DNA of 64,000 nucleotides, taken from the NCBI GenBank assembly GCA_002269645.1, contig NIVC01002567.1:62001-126000 (forward strand), given 5' to 3'. Under the pieces are notes generated by a model. That model ran no database searches, was not told the origin of the DNA, and was given only the letters and a program-made list of their open reading frames with translations. The translations under genes were made by a program, and so were the position numbers. Source of the stretch: Macrostomum lignano (Eukaryota). How positions within the stretch are numbered: position 1 is the stretch's first letter; each line of letters begins with the position of its first letter. Below are positions 1 through 16,275 of the stretch, piece by piece.

Positions 1-19
1 GATAGATAGATAGATAGAG

Positions 20-50
<31 letters not shown>

Positions 51-51
51 G

Positions 52-98
<47 letters not shown>

Positions 99-99
99 G

Positions 100-130
<31 letters not shown>

Positions 131-175
131 GAGATAGATAGATAGATAGAGAGATAGATAGATAGATAGATAGAG

Positions 176-258
<83 letters not shown>

Positions 259-295
259 CAGATAGAGAGACAGATAGATAGAAAGACATAGATAA

Positions 296-332
<37 letters not shown>
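1..332. repeat. (GATA)n microsatellite
   Basis: Near-pure GATA tandem array from the window start. Confidence 0.98.
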
Positions 333-333
<1 letters not shown>

Positions 334-400
334 CGGAAATCGAACCCCCGACCTTCAAAGTCGTGAGTCCGACGCTCCAACCGCTAGGCGACAATCCCCT
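333..400 (-). mobile_element. tRNA-like (SINE head) fragment abutting the microsatellite
   Basis: Minus strand has A-box-like TCGCCTAGCGG (391-381) and B-box-like GGTTCGATT (346-338), then runs into (TCTA)n. No complete cloverleaf is evident. Confidence 0.4.
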
Positions 401-510
401 AGCGTGAGCCTGCTCGTAGCGGACAAGAACTTGTGTCGATTCCTTCATGCGATCTGGCAACACATTAAAAAGAAACTTCTAATCCAAGCCTAGCTTTACA
501 TGTACATCAG

Positions 511-3500
511 TGCCACCGTCTCCAACACCCGCAGCCGCGTCAGCCGCCAAGTGGGCCCTGGCAGTCAGCTGTCTGACTCTCGTAGTCCTATTCTTGAGGT
601 CCAGCGGCTACCAGCAGCCGCAGTCTCAGCAGCCTCATCAGCGGGGCCGGAGTCCAGCCGGGGAATCGCAGTTCAACCCCTGCTGCTCGTCGCCCTGCAA
701 AAATGGCGGCATTTGCATGGAAAAGGGCACCGCAGGCGGCTTCGAGTGCGACTGCACCAATACGGGCTACTACGGCCGGATCTGCCAGCGGTCCAACTGG
801 TCCACCTGGTTGGCCAGGCTTCTCCGCCCGGACACCGAGACTACTCACTACCTGGTGACCAATTTCCGGCCGCTCTGGTCAGTTGTGAACCGTTTGACTT
901 TTCTCCGCCGACTGTTTATGCGCCTGGTGCTGAAGGTCCGTCTCGGGGTGGTCTCCGTGCCGCCGTCCTTCCGGGCGGGCGTCGAGTACACGACAGTCGA
1001 AGGTTTCAGCAACATGTCCTACTACAGCCAGACCCTGCCGCCCGTGCCTTTGAACTGCCCGACACCCATGGGCGTAGTTGGTGAGTGACAGCTGCTGGAT
1101 TCCACGAGTTCGTTGCAGTTTTATCTCTCCAGGTGTGTCTGTTGTCATTGCCACTTCCCTCTCCAGGTGTGTCTGTTGTCATTGCCACTTCCCTCTCCAG
1201 GTGTGTCTGTTGTCATTGCCACTTCCCTCTCCAGGTGTGTCTGTTGTCATTGCCACTTCCCTCTCCAGGTGTGTCTGTTGTCATTGCCACTTCCCTCTCC
1301 AGGTGTGTCTGTTGTTATTGCCACTTCCCTCTCCAGGCGTGTCTGTTGTCATTGCCACTTCCCTCTCCAGGTGTGTCTGTTGTTATTGCCACTTCCCTCT
1401 CCAGGTGTGTCTGTTGTCATTGCCACTTCCCTCTCCAGGTGTGTCTGTTGTTATTGCCACTTCCCTCTCCAGGTGTGTCTGTTGTCATTGCCACTTCCCT
1501 CTCCAGGTGTGTCTGTTGTCATTGCCACTTCCCTCTCCAGGTGTGTCTGTTGTTATTGCCACTTCCCTCTCCAGGTGTGTCTGTTGTTATTGCCATTTCT
1601 CTCAGCAAGTGAGCCTGTCGAACTGCCATTTCCCATGTGCTTGCTTTTCGTGTTTGCGGTGGCCCATAAAATCTCTTTATAGCGTGCATGAGATGGAGCT
1701 GAGGTCACTGCATTAACTTCTCTCTCTGCACACTGAAGCTTCGGCCATCACCATGTGGTTTGTTGCTGTGTGCGCTGCCCGCCAGACAGCGTGGATTCGA
1801 GCTCCGCTGCCATTCCTTCTCTCGCCCTACCCCAGGCTTTCGCCGTTCATTCCAGCCCATCCCACATTGTCTCTCAGTATTCTGAATTAATTGTAGACTA
1901 CACCATATTCTTCTGTCTGGCCCGTAAGATCTGTTTACGATAATTGAAAACATTGAATAATTAGTGATAAGCAAATTAAACATTGTGGAATGCTATTTTT
2001 AACAACAAACTTTTTATTTTGTATTTCCTGCTATTTGAATACAGTTCGGCATGTCTGCATTGAAAATAGACTTTGGGCCGTCTCTGAGCCCGTATTGACT
2101 CAACTCACTCATTGGATGGGCGAGTCATTGACCACCTTTGGTCCCAGTTCACCCATCCACACAGTCTTTGACCTCTGACCTTTTTTCTGCATCCCTGAAC
2201 AAGCATCGCTCCCAAAACTGACGGCCCTCAGGCCCGAAGCAGCTGCCGACAGTGGGCGAAGTGGTCGCCATTCTGTTCAAACGCCAGCCTGGCCAGCCGT
2301 TCAAGCCAAGCGCGATCGGCACCAACATGCTGTTCGGCTCGTTTGCCCAGCACTTTTCGCACATGTTTTTCAAGTCCGACCCTCGGCAGCATCCCGGCTA
2401 TACATGGGGCGACCATAATGTGAGCGATCGGGGCAATAGTGCTTAAATTGATTATTGGTTTGCGTAGGAGCGAGTTGGGCACGGTTGGGGCAAAGAAGGG
2501 TGAAGAGGTGGTGGATGTATTGGGGCAGGGATTGAGGTGGTGGGTGTAATTGGGCAGGGAGTGAGGTGGTGGGTGTATTGGGGCAGGGATTGAGGTGGTG
2601 GGTGCATTGGGGACAGGGAGTGAGGTGGTGAGTGTATCGGGGCTGACAGTGAGGCTTTGGTATACCAATATTGGGGCAGGCAGTGAGGTGGTGGGTGTAA
2701 TAGGGCAGGGAGTGAGGTGGTGGGTGTATTGGGGCAGGGAGTGAGGTGGTGGATGTATTGGGGCAGGAAGTGAGGTGGTGGGTGTATTGGGGCAGGGAGT
2801 GAGGTAGTGGGTGTATTGGGGCAGGGAGTGAGGTGGTGGGTGTATTGGGGACAGGGAGTGAGGTGGTGGGTGTAATGGGGCAGGGAGTGAGGTGATGGGT
2901 GTAATGGGGCAGGGAGTGAGGTGGTGGGTGTATTGGGGCAGGGAGTGAGGTGGTGGGTGTATTGGGGCAGGGAGTGAGGTGGTGGATGTATTGGGGCAGG
3001 GATTGAGGTGGTGGGTGTATTAGGGCAGGGATTGAGGTGGTGGGTGCATTGGGGCTGACAGTGAGGTGGTGGGTGTACCAATATTGGGGCAGGGAGTGAC
3101 ATTGATATGTCAGGACAGGGAGTGAGGCTGGTGTTCAGCTGACAACCTGGGCCTATAGCATAGTCCCAACCTCCTCTCGCAGATCTACGTGAGTCACCTG
3201 TACGGCAAGAACACCGAGGTGGAGAACCGGCTGCGCGAGTTCCGTCGCGGCCGAATGCGCTCCCAGCTGCTGCGCGGTGAGGAATTTCCGCCGTTCCTCA
3301 GCCAGCAGCTGAAGCTGCCAGATCCGGCGCCAAACCCGCGTAACGTCAGCCGCCAGTTCGCAGTTGGCCATCAGATCGCCAACCTGCTGCCCACGGGTGC
3401 CCTGTGGCAGACGATCTACCTGCGCGAGCACAACCGGGTCGCAGGGTTGCTGGCCCGCTTGCATCCCGGCTGGGACGACGAACGAATCTTCCAGACCACC

Positions 3501-4577
3501 AAGCTGATCCTGATCGGCAAGACGCTCAAGATAGTGGTGGAAGAGTACGTGCAGCACCTGAGCAACTACCACTTCAAGTTGCTGTTCGACCCGACTCTGA
3601 TGCACGGCGAGGCTATGCAGTACCAGAACCGCATCGCGGCTGAGTTCAACCTGCTGTACCACTGGCATCCTCTGATGGCCGACGACTACAGGGTAACCGG
3701 GACTACCCGCCGACTGAAAGACGAGATGTTCAACGGCACCAAGCTGCTGGACCATTCCAGCCGGGACTACGTGGAGGGCCTGGTGAACAGCATCGGCGGC
3801 TCCTTCACCGCCAACAACCACCCGGAGCCGACGCTGATCGCGGCCAGGGCGGCCGTCCAGATGGGCCGCACGCTGCGCCTGCAGTCGTTGAATGCCTACA
3901 GAAAGCGATTCCGCTTGAAGCCGTACAAGACCTTCCAGGAGTTGGCCGGTTAGTGAAAGAGAGCTCTCAGTGGAAATGTTCTTAAGCTCTGAATAGAAGT
4001 CAATTCTGCAGAATTCCTTTCTTAGCGCCATCTTTAGATTCCAATTCTAAATATCATTCTTGCACCTGCTCTCACATGCGCTCCAGGTGGCGACGAGGAC
4101 CTCGCCTGCGCCCTGCGCTCGCTCTACAAAGACGTGGACGCGGTGGAGTTCTACCCAGGCCTGGTGGTGGAGCGTCACCGACCGCACGCCATGTTTGGCT
4201 CCTCCATGATCGAAATCGGCAGCCCCTACTCGCTGCAGGGCATCTTTGGAAACGCCTTGGCCAGCCCGCAGCTGTGGCGACCGGCCACTTTCGGCGGCTC
4301 TGAGGGCTTCCGCATGGTAACGGAGGCGACTCTGCGCGATCTGGTGTGCAACAACGTGCCCAGCCCGTGTCCGATTATTCAATTTTCAGTGCCAACCCCA
4401 GTCCAGCTGATGGAGCATCAGCAGATGCTTCGAGTAAATCTGTCTGCGGCTGCGGCGGCTCAGGCTGCTGCTGCTGCGTCAGAGTCCAGAGACAACAGCG
4501 GCGTGTCTTCTTCAATCTCGTCATCGTCCTCGTCTACGGGCTCTAGACTTCATCAAGATCGAAACGATGAACTCTAA
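511..4577 (+). CDS. PTGS: Cyclooxygenase / prostaglandin G/H synthase; exons 511-1081, 2232-2419, 3183-3948, 4087-4577; start codon not resolved
   Basis: EGF domain NPCCSSPCKNGGIC, FAQHFSHMFFK (distal His), LREHNRV, EEYVQHLSNY, EFNLLYHWHPLM (catalytic Tyr, proximal His), GSPYSLQG (Ser530 equivalent), C-terminal NDEL. All junctions are GT-AG with matching phases. No in-frame ATG precedes 510 (stop at 480), so an upstream exon or a 1-bp error is implied. Confidence 0.95.
1126..1602. repeat. 34-bp minisatellite in PTGS intron
   Basis: Unit CTCTCCAGGTGTGTCTGTTGTCATTGCCACTTCC, about 14 copies. Confidence 0.95.
2500..3110. repeat. 29-bp G-rich minisatellite in PTGS intron
   Basis: Unit approx GGGGCAGGGAGTGAGGTGGTGGGTGTATT. 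Confidence 0.93.
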
Positions 4578-5696
4578 TCAGTGTTGGCATTTTCTTTTGA
4601 GTTAAAAATCATTAGAAACCGCAACCGCACTTGTCCCCAAAAGACGCCAAAGCCCAATGTTGCAGTGTCAATGCAATGCAATGAAAATTTGATGGAAAAT
4701 TTATTGAACAGTGCAACCGTAGGGGGGCTAGTTGGTAGGAAAAAGAATCGCTTGAGCGTTAAGCTTGGCGGACTTGGCGGGGTGGGGTAGAAAAATAAGA
4801 TAAGAAGCGACTGTACACTTAAACGCCCCACTCAATGTACATCCCGCTGGGGCAGAGAAATCTGTCTAGAAACCATTATATGTACATTTGTACAGTCGTT
4901 TTTCAAACGAACATAAATAAGAGATCAAAGTTTATTCCCAAGCCTTGGTCGATGATCTATCAGAAGCTAAAGCGACACTGCAACTCCTACTTAGAGTACT
5001 GATTAACACAAAACAGCTTTTTTGCCTAAATAACACAGTTGGCATTTTTTACTTGCTATATTGATATGTCATTTGATGCACGTCTATTTGTTGTAAATTC
5101 ACCCCTTGCACTGCTCACCCTGTAGACACAAGCTTGAGCACTATATATTGCTCTGCTTCGAGGATTTTCGTCAGCAGGAGAATCTTCTCTCCTGCTGGGC
5201 GCTCTCATTTGATTTTGTTTTTCGAACTTTTCCTACAAAAATACAGAGCCACAAAAATGCTGCCTCTGCCTGCCTAATCAACTAACAATTAGTAGACCAG
5301 CTCAGGTGCATCTCCGCATCTTTCGATTTTGAAATTTCGATCGCTTTCTAATAACAGTACGCACCAGTATCGCTTGACTAACCAAACATTCTTTCTGCTT
5401 CAGTTTCTCGCTTGACGCACAAAGTTTACATCTTTTACAAAAAATGAATGCCAGACAGATTGAGATTACATTTTTGCATAAAAATATAATTATTGCCGCT
5501 TAAATCAGAACACCAACTGATTTACATCGTTTACCGTTTCTGTTGCAATTTTTTGGATAAAATACTTCTTTTTACAATGAACATAAACTTATTAAAACAT
5601 GAATCGATGGAAATACACTAATGCGAGTAGTTAAATAGAACATTAAACATGTGTTCCCAGGTGAGGTGTGGTTAAGACCCATTGACGTGTATGGCA

Positions 5697-6085
<389 letters not shown>

Positions 6086-6470
6086 AGATACTAACAAACA
6101 AGCCAGAGAGCACAGAGACGCCACTATATTTAACACAAACAAAAGCGACCGATGCAAAACGAACAGATTTATCCGCCATATTGTATATTTATTCAACGGA
6201 AACTAAAAAATATAAATATATTGTATACTTTTCTTCAGAAGAAAGCAAGCAACAGAAGACACGACAGGCGGGGGTTGCGGCTGACACGAGCGAAAAGGCT
6301 GTTCAATTTGAGGCTTTGGGGTTGGATGCAGACAGAAATTCTAAGATCGAACTTGTGAATGCCTGTGACGTCACAGCGGATCTGCAGGAAGCAGACAGGT
6401 TTGATTGGATGCCAAAATCTAATTAAATTGAATAATTGGGGATTTGGCCGCGAAATTAATTGTATAACTG

Positions 6471-7100
6471 ACGGAGCGGAGAGGCAGATTTTCAAGGACT
6501 GATGGAGCGGAGAGGCAGATTCTCAAGGACTGATGGAGCGGAGAGGCAGATTCTCAAGGACTGATGGAGCGGAGAGGCAGATTCTCAAGGACTGATGGAG
6601 CGGAGAGGCAGATTCTCAAGGACTGATGGAGCGGAGAGGCAGATTCTCAAGGACTGACGGAGCGGAGAGGCAGATTCTCAAGGACTGACGGAGCGGCAGA
6701 TTCTCAAGGACTGACGGAGCGGCAGATTCTCAAGGACTGACGGAGAGGCAGATTCTCAAGGACTGACGGAGCGGAGAGGCAGATTCTCAAGGACTGACGG
6801 AGCGGCAGATTCTCAAGGACTGACGGAGCGGCAGATTCTCAAGGACTGACGGAGAGGCAGATTCTCAAGGACTGACGGAGCGGAGAGGCAGATTCTCAAG
6901 GACTGATGGAGCGGAGAGGCAGATTCTCAAGGACTGATGGAGCGGAGAGGCAGATTCTCAAGGACTGACGGAGCGGAGAGGCAGATTCTCAAGGACTGAC
7001 GGAGCGGAGAGGCAGATTCTCAAGGACTGACGGAGCGGAGAGGCAGATTCTCAAGGACTGACGGAGCGGAGAGGCAGATTCTCAAGGACTGATGGAGCGG
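6471..7100. repeat. 31-bp minisatellite
   Basis: Unit GGACTGATGGAGCGGAGAGGCAGATTCTCAA with shortened variants. Confidence 0.95.
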
Positions 7101-7854
7101 CAAAATGATTATCCATAATGGTTGACAGTGAAATACTCATTGTTTCGAACGCATCGGCACACAGACAAAGCTTTAGCAATCGCAGAAATTGTTAGGTTGA
7201 AATCATATTGAATAATAAATAAACTTTGGATAAACAATCAATCAATCTGCAGCAAAAAGCAACGAATTATAATTCTACAGACTAGAATCATGATTGGCCA
7301 ATCAATATAAGTACGAACAGACGCGAACACGGGGTTCATCCGCGTATGAAAATAGAAAATAGAGAATATTCGAACTCCGAATACTTGAAAATGTTGCAAT
7401 TTCGATGCCAGTATCGGTGAGATGTTGAGTTCCTAGATAAATTAGAATGTGGGACTTAAATGTTTGCCTGCTTTGAGGAGGCTATTACATCATTCCCTGA
7501 AAAATCCGACATTGTCGCAAATAAGAGGCCCAGTAAATACGGGCACATTTTCTGACAGAACGAAAAAGCAATCTATCTATCAAACAGTCAACCACAGTCA
7601 TCAAGCAATCAATAAGTTATCAATCGATCAATAAATTAATCAATCAATCGATAAATCAACGGACCAATCAATTATCGACTGATCAATTGATCAATCAATC
7701 AACACATCAATCACCTATCGATGGTGAGATCATCAAAAAGTCAATCAATATATCAAGCAATCAATCATTCATCAATCAATCATCAAGCAATCAATCAACT
7801 AATCAAGCAATCATCAATTTATTAATCCATCATTAAGCAATCAATCAATATCAA

Positions 7855-8040
7855 TCATTCATCAAGCAATCATCAAGCAATCATCAAGCAATCATCAAGC
7901 AATCATCAAGCAATCATCAAGCAATCATCAAGCAATCATCAAGCAATCATCAAGCAATCATCAAGCAATCATCAAGCAATCATCAAGCAATCATCAAGCA
8001 ATCATCAAGCAATCATCAAGCAATCATCAAGCAATCATCA
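7855..8040. repeat. 11-bp tandem repeat
   Basis: (AAGCAATCATC)n immediately 3' of the SNX stop codon. Confidence 0.95.
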
Positions 8041-8045
8041 ATCTA

Positions 8046-11000
8046 TCAATCATCATCGCTGTCTCCCTCCCGATCGTCCATCCGTTGCAACTGCGGCCGC
8101 TGTCGCCGGGCGGCCAGCGAAGGCGAATTCGACCTCGCCGATTCGTTGGCGGTGGCCGCGGCGGCGGCCCAGGCCTCGGCGGTGGTCGTCAGGCGGTCGG
8201 TGTGAGCGGCGGCCAGGCCGTGCAGGAGGGTGCGGGTGTCCCGGATCCGGTCCAGGCGCCAGCGATCCAAGTCGGCCGTCAGGTCGGCGCAGGCGGCGCT
8301 GGCGATGTCGGACAAGCGGTTGGACCTGCTGGACAGCTCGGCGATGCGCTCGGCGCTGGCCGCCGCCGATGACGAAGGCTGCGTCGGCTGCTGCTGCTCG
8401 GCGGTCCGGGCCTTCTCCAGGCTGTCCTGAGCTGCCTGGGCCTGCGCCTGTTTGTTCGTTTGGGGCGGTTTGAGACCGGTGCTCAGTCACTACAAGCCCA
8501 CACTCAGTCACTCCTAGACCCGCACTCAGTCACTCCTAGACCCGCACTCAGTCACTCCTAGACCCGCACTCAGTCACTCCTAGACCCGCACTCAGTCACT
8601 CCTAGACCCGCACTCAGTCACTCTCACACCCGCACTCAGGCACTCCTAGACCCGCACTCAGTCACTCTCAGACCCGCACTCAGGCACTCTCACACCCGCA
8701 CTCAGGCACTCCTAGACCCGCACTCAGTCACTCTCAGACCCGCACTCAGTCACTCCTAGACCCGCACTCAGTCACTCTCAGACCCGCACTCAGGCACTCC
8801 TAGACCCGCACTCAGTCACTCTCAGACCCGCACTCAGGCACTCTCACACCCGCACTCAGGCACTCTCAGACCCGCACTCAGGCAGTCTCAGACCCGCACT
8901 CAGTCACTCTCAGACCCGTACTCAGGCAGTCTCAGACCCGCACTCAGTCACTCTCAGACCCGCACTCAGTCACTCAGACCCCCCGCACTCAGTCACTCAG
9001 ACCCCCCGCACTCAGTCACTCTCAGACCCGCACTCAGTCTCACCTGCAGCCCGGACGCTCTGGTCAGGCAGTCCCTCACGCAGCCGGTGTACAGCAGGTA
9101 CTCGTGCATCGGCTGGCCGACCTCCTCGGAGGCGAACTCGGCCAGATCCTCGGCCGCCCGAACCCCGTCGCTGGCCGCTTTTGCCGCCCTGCGCAGGTCT
9201 TCAACAGCGGCACTGTCGCAGCCGCTATCAGCAGCCCAGGCCTTCTCGGCCAGCTGCAGGCTGTACAGCGCCTCCGCCAGGGCCGCCTCCTCGGCCGCGA
9301 GTCCCCGCAGCTCCCCGGCCAGCCGGTCGGCCGCCTTCTCGAACCGGCCAAACAGCCGGCCGGCTCCGGCCGCGACTCGGTCGGCAGCGACGAACTCCGG
9401 ACGGAGAGCGGAGGACTGAGCGGCACGCCGGCTCTTGGACAGCAGCAGCTGGGGGAGCAGGGAGGCCTGCGGCTGCTGCAGCTGCTTGCACTGGCGCTCG
9501 AACTCCTGACTGTCCGGAGCGGTCAGGAAGGCCAGGAACACGGGCGCCGCTGACAGGACCGGATTGTCGGCTAGCCGGCCGAGAAATCGTTGAAGGGCTC
9601 GGGCGCGCCGGCCGACAAACCGAGAGTCGAAACGGTCGATGGTGGCCAGCGGGTGCTTCTCGGGCAGCGGCGGCAGCACCCGGCCCGGCCAGGCCTCGGC
9701 CAGGGCCATCCGGAGCCGGGAGAAGTCGGTGAACCGGCGCCGGACCGAGTGGACGCGGTCGCCCAGCTCAGGACGGGTGCCGTTGCTGCTCACCCGGTAG
9801 AGCACGAAGGCCTCCATGGTGGTCACCTGCGGACGGAAGGGGCGGATGAGGATCCTTCAGGGGGCGGATGAGGATCCTTTAGAGGGCGGAAGAGGATGCT
9901 TTAGGGGGCGGAAGAGGATCCTTTAGGGGGCGGAAGAGGATCCTTTAGAGGGCGGATGAGGATCCTTCAGGGGCGGATAAGGATCCTTTAGGGGGTGGAT
10001 GAAGATTTTTTATGGGGCGGATAAGGATTCTTTAGGGGCGGATGAGGATCCTTCAGGGGCGGAAGAGGATCCTTTAGGGGGCGGAAGAGGATCCTTCAGG
10101 GGCGGATAAGGATCCTTTAGGGGGCGGAAGAGGATCCTTTAGAGGGCGGATGAGGATCCTTCAGGGGCGGATAAGGATCCTTTAGGGGGCGGATGAGGAT
10201 CCTTTAGAGGGCGGAAGAGGATGCTTTAGGGGGCGGATGAGGATCCTTTAGGGGGTGGATGAAGATTTTTTATGGGGCGGATAAGGATTCTTTAGGGGCG
10301 GATGAGGATCCTTCAGGGGCGGAAGAGGATCCTTTAGGGGCGGAAGAGGATCCTTTAGAGGGCGGATGAGGATCCTTCAGGGCGGATAAGGATCCTTTAG
10401 GGGGCGGATGAGGATCCTTTAGAGGGCGGAAGAGGATGCTTTAGGGGGCGGAAGAGGATCCTTTAGGGGGCGGAAGAGGATGCTTTAGAGGGCGGATGAG
10501 GATCTTTCAGGGGCGGATGAGGATCCTTTAGAGGGCGGATGAGGATCCTTCAGGGGCGGATGAGGATCCTTTAGAGGGCGGATGAGGATCCTTTAGAGGG
10601 GGAAAAGAATGCTTAGGGGCGGATTAGGGATCCGCTAAGGATTCTGTGGGGGGATGGAGACCATGTAGGGGTTGGTGAGGATCTAGCGATGAAGTAGAGA
10701 CCAACGATGGTCTCACTTTTTTGATCGGATCGTCAACAGTAACAAACAAGTCGTTGGACTCCTGCTTGGAAGCCGCTGCCGCTGCTGAAGATGCCGGCTG
10801 ATTCTGCTGTTGCTGCTGCTGCTGCGGCGGAGGCGGCGGTGGCGGCAGCGGGCTTCGAGGCTGCGGTCGCACAGTAGACTTGGCCACAATCTCGGTCACT
10901 GAGGCGTCGCTCTCGCCTTCGCCGCTGTCTTCGCCTTTGTCTTCGTCTTCATCCCCGCCGCCTTCTTCAAAGCTGGTCATCAGCGAGTTGTCATCGCCGA

Positions 11001-11151
11001 ATCGCCGACTGCCGGCAAGGGTGAGCTCTGGCGAGGCGGGCAGGACCGCGGCGGGCCCGTCACCATTGAGTTTCTGGTGTTGCGATGTGTCTTCATCATC
11101 GGCTTCGGCGAAGGCGGCCGCGGCGGTCAGCGGGTCCAGCGCGTCTGACAT
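8046..11151 (-). CDS. SNX7/SNX30: Sorting nexin, PX-BAR type (SNX7/SNX30 subfamily); exons 11151-10717, 9826-9044, 8447-8046
   Basis: LFVTVDDPIKK|VTTMEAFVLYRV...VRRRFTDF...LPPLPEKH...RRARALQRFLGRL PX domain, then a helical BAR region ending DLDRWR. Three phase-0 GT-AG joined exons. Confidence 0.9.
8495..9040. repeat. 22-bp minisatellite filling SNX intron 2
   Basis: Unit CACTCAGTCACTCCTAGACCCG. Confidence 0.95.
9836..10625. repeat. About 24-bp minisatellite filling SNX intron 1
   Basis: Unit approx GGGGCGGATGAGGATCCTTTAG(A/G). Confidence 0.93.
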
Positions 11152-11239
11152 CGCGGCGACCTCGGAGGCTCTTTGGTGCAGCGATTCGGGCTTTGGTGCG
11201 ACAGAAGACAGCATAAATTGTGTAGGACAGCTGCAATGC

Positions 11240-13592
11240 TGACACTGGGACACACAGACACAGGGACACAGACACTGGGACACACAGACACTGGGACACT
11301 AGGACACACGGACACTTGGACAGACACAGGGACACACAGACATTAGGTCACTGACACTAGGACACACAGACACAGGGACACACAGACACTGGGACACAGA
11401 CACTGGGACACACAGACACTGGGACACACAGACACTGGGACAATAGGACACACGGACACTAGGACAGACACTAGGACACAGACACTAAGACACAGACACT
11501 AGGACACACAGACACTAGGCAGACACTAGGACACAGACACTAGGACACACAGACACGGACACTAGGACACACGGACACTAGGACAGACACTAGGACACAC
11601 AGACATTAGGTCACTGACACTAGGACACACAGACACAGGGACACACAGACACAGGGACACACAGACACAGGGACACACAGACACAGGGACACACAGACAC
11701 AGGGACACACAGACACTGGGACACTGAGACACAGACACTAGGCACAGACACTAGGACACACAGACACTAGGACACACAGACACTGGGACACAGAGACACA
11801 GACACTAGGCACAGACACTAGGCACAGAAACTAGGACACAGACACTAGGACACACAGACACTGGGACACTGAGACACAGACACTAGGTACAGACACTAGG
11901 ACACACATACACTAGGACACGCAGACACTAGGACACACAGACACTAGGACAGACACTAGGACACAGACACTAGGACACAGACTCTACAGACACTAGGACA
12001 GACACTAGGGACAGACCCTAAGACACAGACACTAGGACACAGACACTAGGACACACAGACACTAGGACACACAGACACTAGGACAGACACAGGGACACAC
12101 AGACACTAGGACAGACACAGGGACACACAGACACTAGGACAGACACACTAGGACAAACACACTAGGAGTTAGGACACACAGACACTAGGACACACAGACA
12201 CTAGGAGTTAGGACACACAGACACTAGGACACAGGCACTAGGACACAGGGACACAAAAACACTAGGACAGACACAGGGACACACAGACACTAGGACATAG
12301 ACATTAGGACACAGGGACACACAGACACTAGGACAGACACAGGGACACACAGACACTAGGACACAGGGACACACAGACACTAGGACAGACAAACTAGGAC
12401 AGACACACTAGGACAGACACAGGGACACAAAGACACTAGGACAGACACACTAGGACAGACACACTAGGACAGAAACAGGGACACAAAGACACTAGGACAG
12501 ACACAGGGACACACAGACACTAGGACAGACACAGGGACATAGGGACACACAGACACTAGGACAGACACACTAGGACAGACACACTAGGACAGACACACTA
12601 GGACAGACACACTAGGACAGACACACTAGGACAGACACACTAGGACAGACACACTAGGACAGACACACTAGGACAGACACACTAGGACAGACACACTAGG
12701 ACAGACACACTAGGACAGACACACTAGGACAGACACACTAGGACAGACACACTAGGACAGACACACTAGGACAGACACACTAGGACAGACACACTAGGAC
12801 AGACACACTAGGACAGACACACTAGGACAGACACACTAGGACAGACACACTAGGACAGACACACTAGGACAGACACACTAGGACAGACACACTAGGACAG
12901 ACACACTAGGACAGACACACTAGGACAGACACACTAGGACAGACACACTAGGACAGACACACTAGGACAGACACACTAGGACAGACACACTAGGACAGAC
13001 ACACTAGGACAGACACACTAGGACAGACACACTAGGACAGACACACTAGGACAGACACACTAGGACAGACACACTAGGACAGACACACTAGGACAGACAC
13101 ACTAGGACAGACACACTAGGACAGACACACTAGGACAGACACACTAGGACAGACACACTAGGACAGACACACTAGGACAGACACACTAGGACAGACACAC
13201 TAGGACAGACACACTAGGACAGACACACTAGGACAGACACACTAGGACAGACACACTAGGACAGACACACTAGGACAGACACACTAGGACAGACACACTA
13301 GGACAGACACACTAGGACAGACACTAGGACAGACACACTAGGACAGACACACTAGGACAGACACACTAGGACAGACACACTAGGACAGACACACTAGGAC
13401 AGACACACTAGGACAGACACACTAGGACAGACACTAGGACAGACACACTAGGACAGACACACTAGGACAGACACACTAGGACAGACACACTAGGACAGAC
13501 ACACTAGGACAGACACACTAGGACAGACACACTAGGACAGACACACTAGGACAGACACACTAGGACAGACACACTAGGACAGACACTAGGAC
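11240..13592. repeat. 16-20 bp minisatellite, 2.3 kb
   Basis: GACACACAGACACTAGGACA variants grading into a homogeneous (GACACACTAGGACA+GA) 16-mer block from about 12560. Confidence 0.96.
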
Positions 13593-14561
13593 ACATGTAT
13601 GAAATCAATGCAAGAATGAATTATCATTGCCTGTTTGCCAGTTGTCTGCAAAACCAAGCATTTATATCATAAAAAGTTGACAACAGTAATTAAGTGCTAA
13701 GTGAACATTAAAAATAGTTGGAAAAATACTAAGAACAGCAAATTCCGAAGGCAGTCAGTGCAGCTGTTTATCTGTAAGCAAAAATGCTGGCAGTCTACGT
13801 TTACCTGATGAATTATTAAACATGAAACGACAAATGTTCAAAATGCTTCAAAATAACGTTCGCCTCAGGACTTGAATTATTAGAGTTGCAAAGTTTCCAA
13901 ATTTCTACTAACATGAGTAGCATAATTATTCAGTTTAAAGTTATACATTGTTTTCATCTGTACAAACACCTGTAATTGCTAAAGCGTCAGTAGCAATAAT
14001 TCAAACTGCATATGCACCAGTGCTGGCACACAGAACTGCAGCACATTTGCGTGTAAACTACTTTCAGTTCAGTAGTAAGTTAAACAGAAGCATTTTAATG
14101 TATTTTTAAAGCCAAGGCTCATTTATTGGCGCTTTCCCCCTTCCTCAGCCCGAACCCTCCAACCGCGCCTTTCACACTACGAGCTACCCCACGGCCCCGC
14201 TCCAAGTTTTATTGCCTTTCTCGGAATTCCAGCCTAAAGCTGCCATGTACATTTCAGTGGACTGGCCAATTTACATTACTTCTGACCCAATTAGCAGTTG
14301 TTTACGCGCCTGCAAGCTTGGGCTTCTAAACTTATCAAGGTCATTTCAGCGGCTTTTATTTTTATAAAATAGCTTATGTATTTTTCTTTGCTACTGAACT
14401 GAAAGTAGAAAGCTGGTTTACTAAGTATTATATGCCTGAGTGGCCCCATATCTAGTGACCCCATGTCGCGTTCTGTCACGGCAACGACCTCATACAACAG
14501 GCAACCCACAAGAGAGAGTCAGGATCCGATCCCCACAGGGAAGAATGCAACAAAAACCGCC

Positions 14562-16240
<1,679 letters not shown>

Positions 16241-16275
16241 TCGCGAACTGCGGACCGAGTTTTCGATTGCAGCGG

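Noticed and set aside
500-1084. 194-aa ATG-initiated ORF overlapping PTGS exon
   Set aside because: Shadow frame; the homology is in the 510 frame.
6471-7100. CRISPR-like regular 31-bp repeats (also 19050-19800, 31901-36115)
   Set aside because: Head-to-tail units with no unique spacers, no cas genes, and a eukaryotic context.
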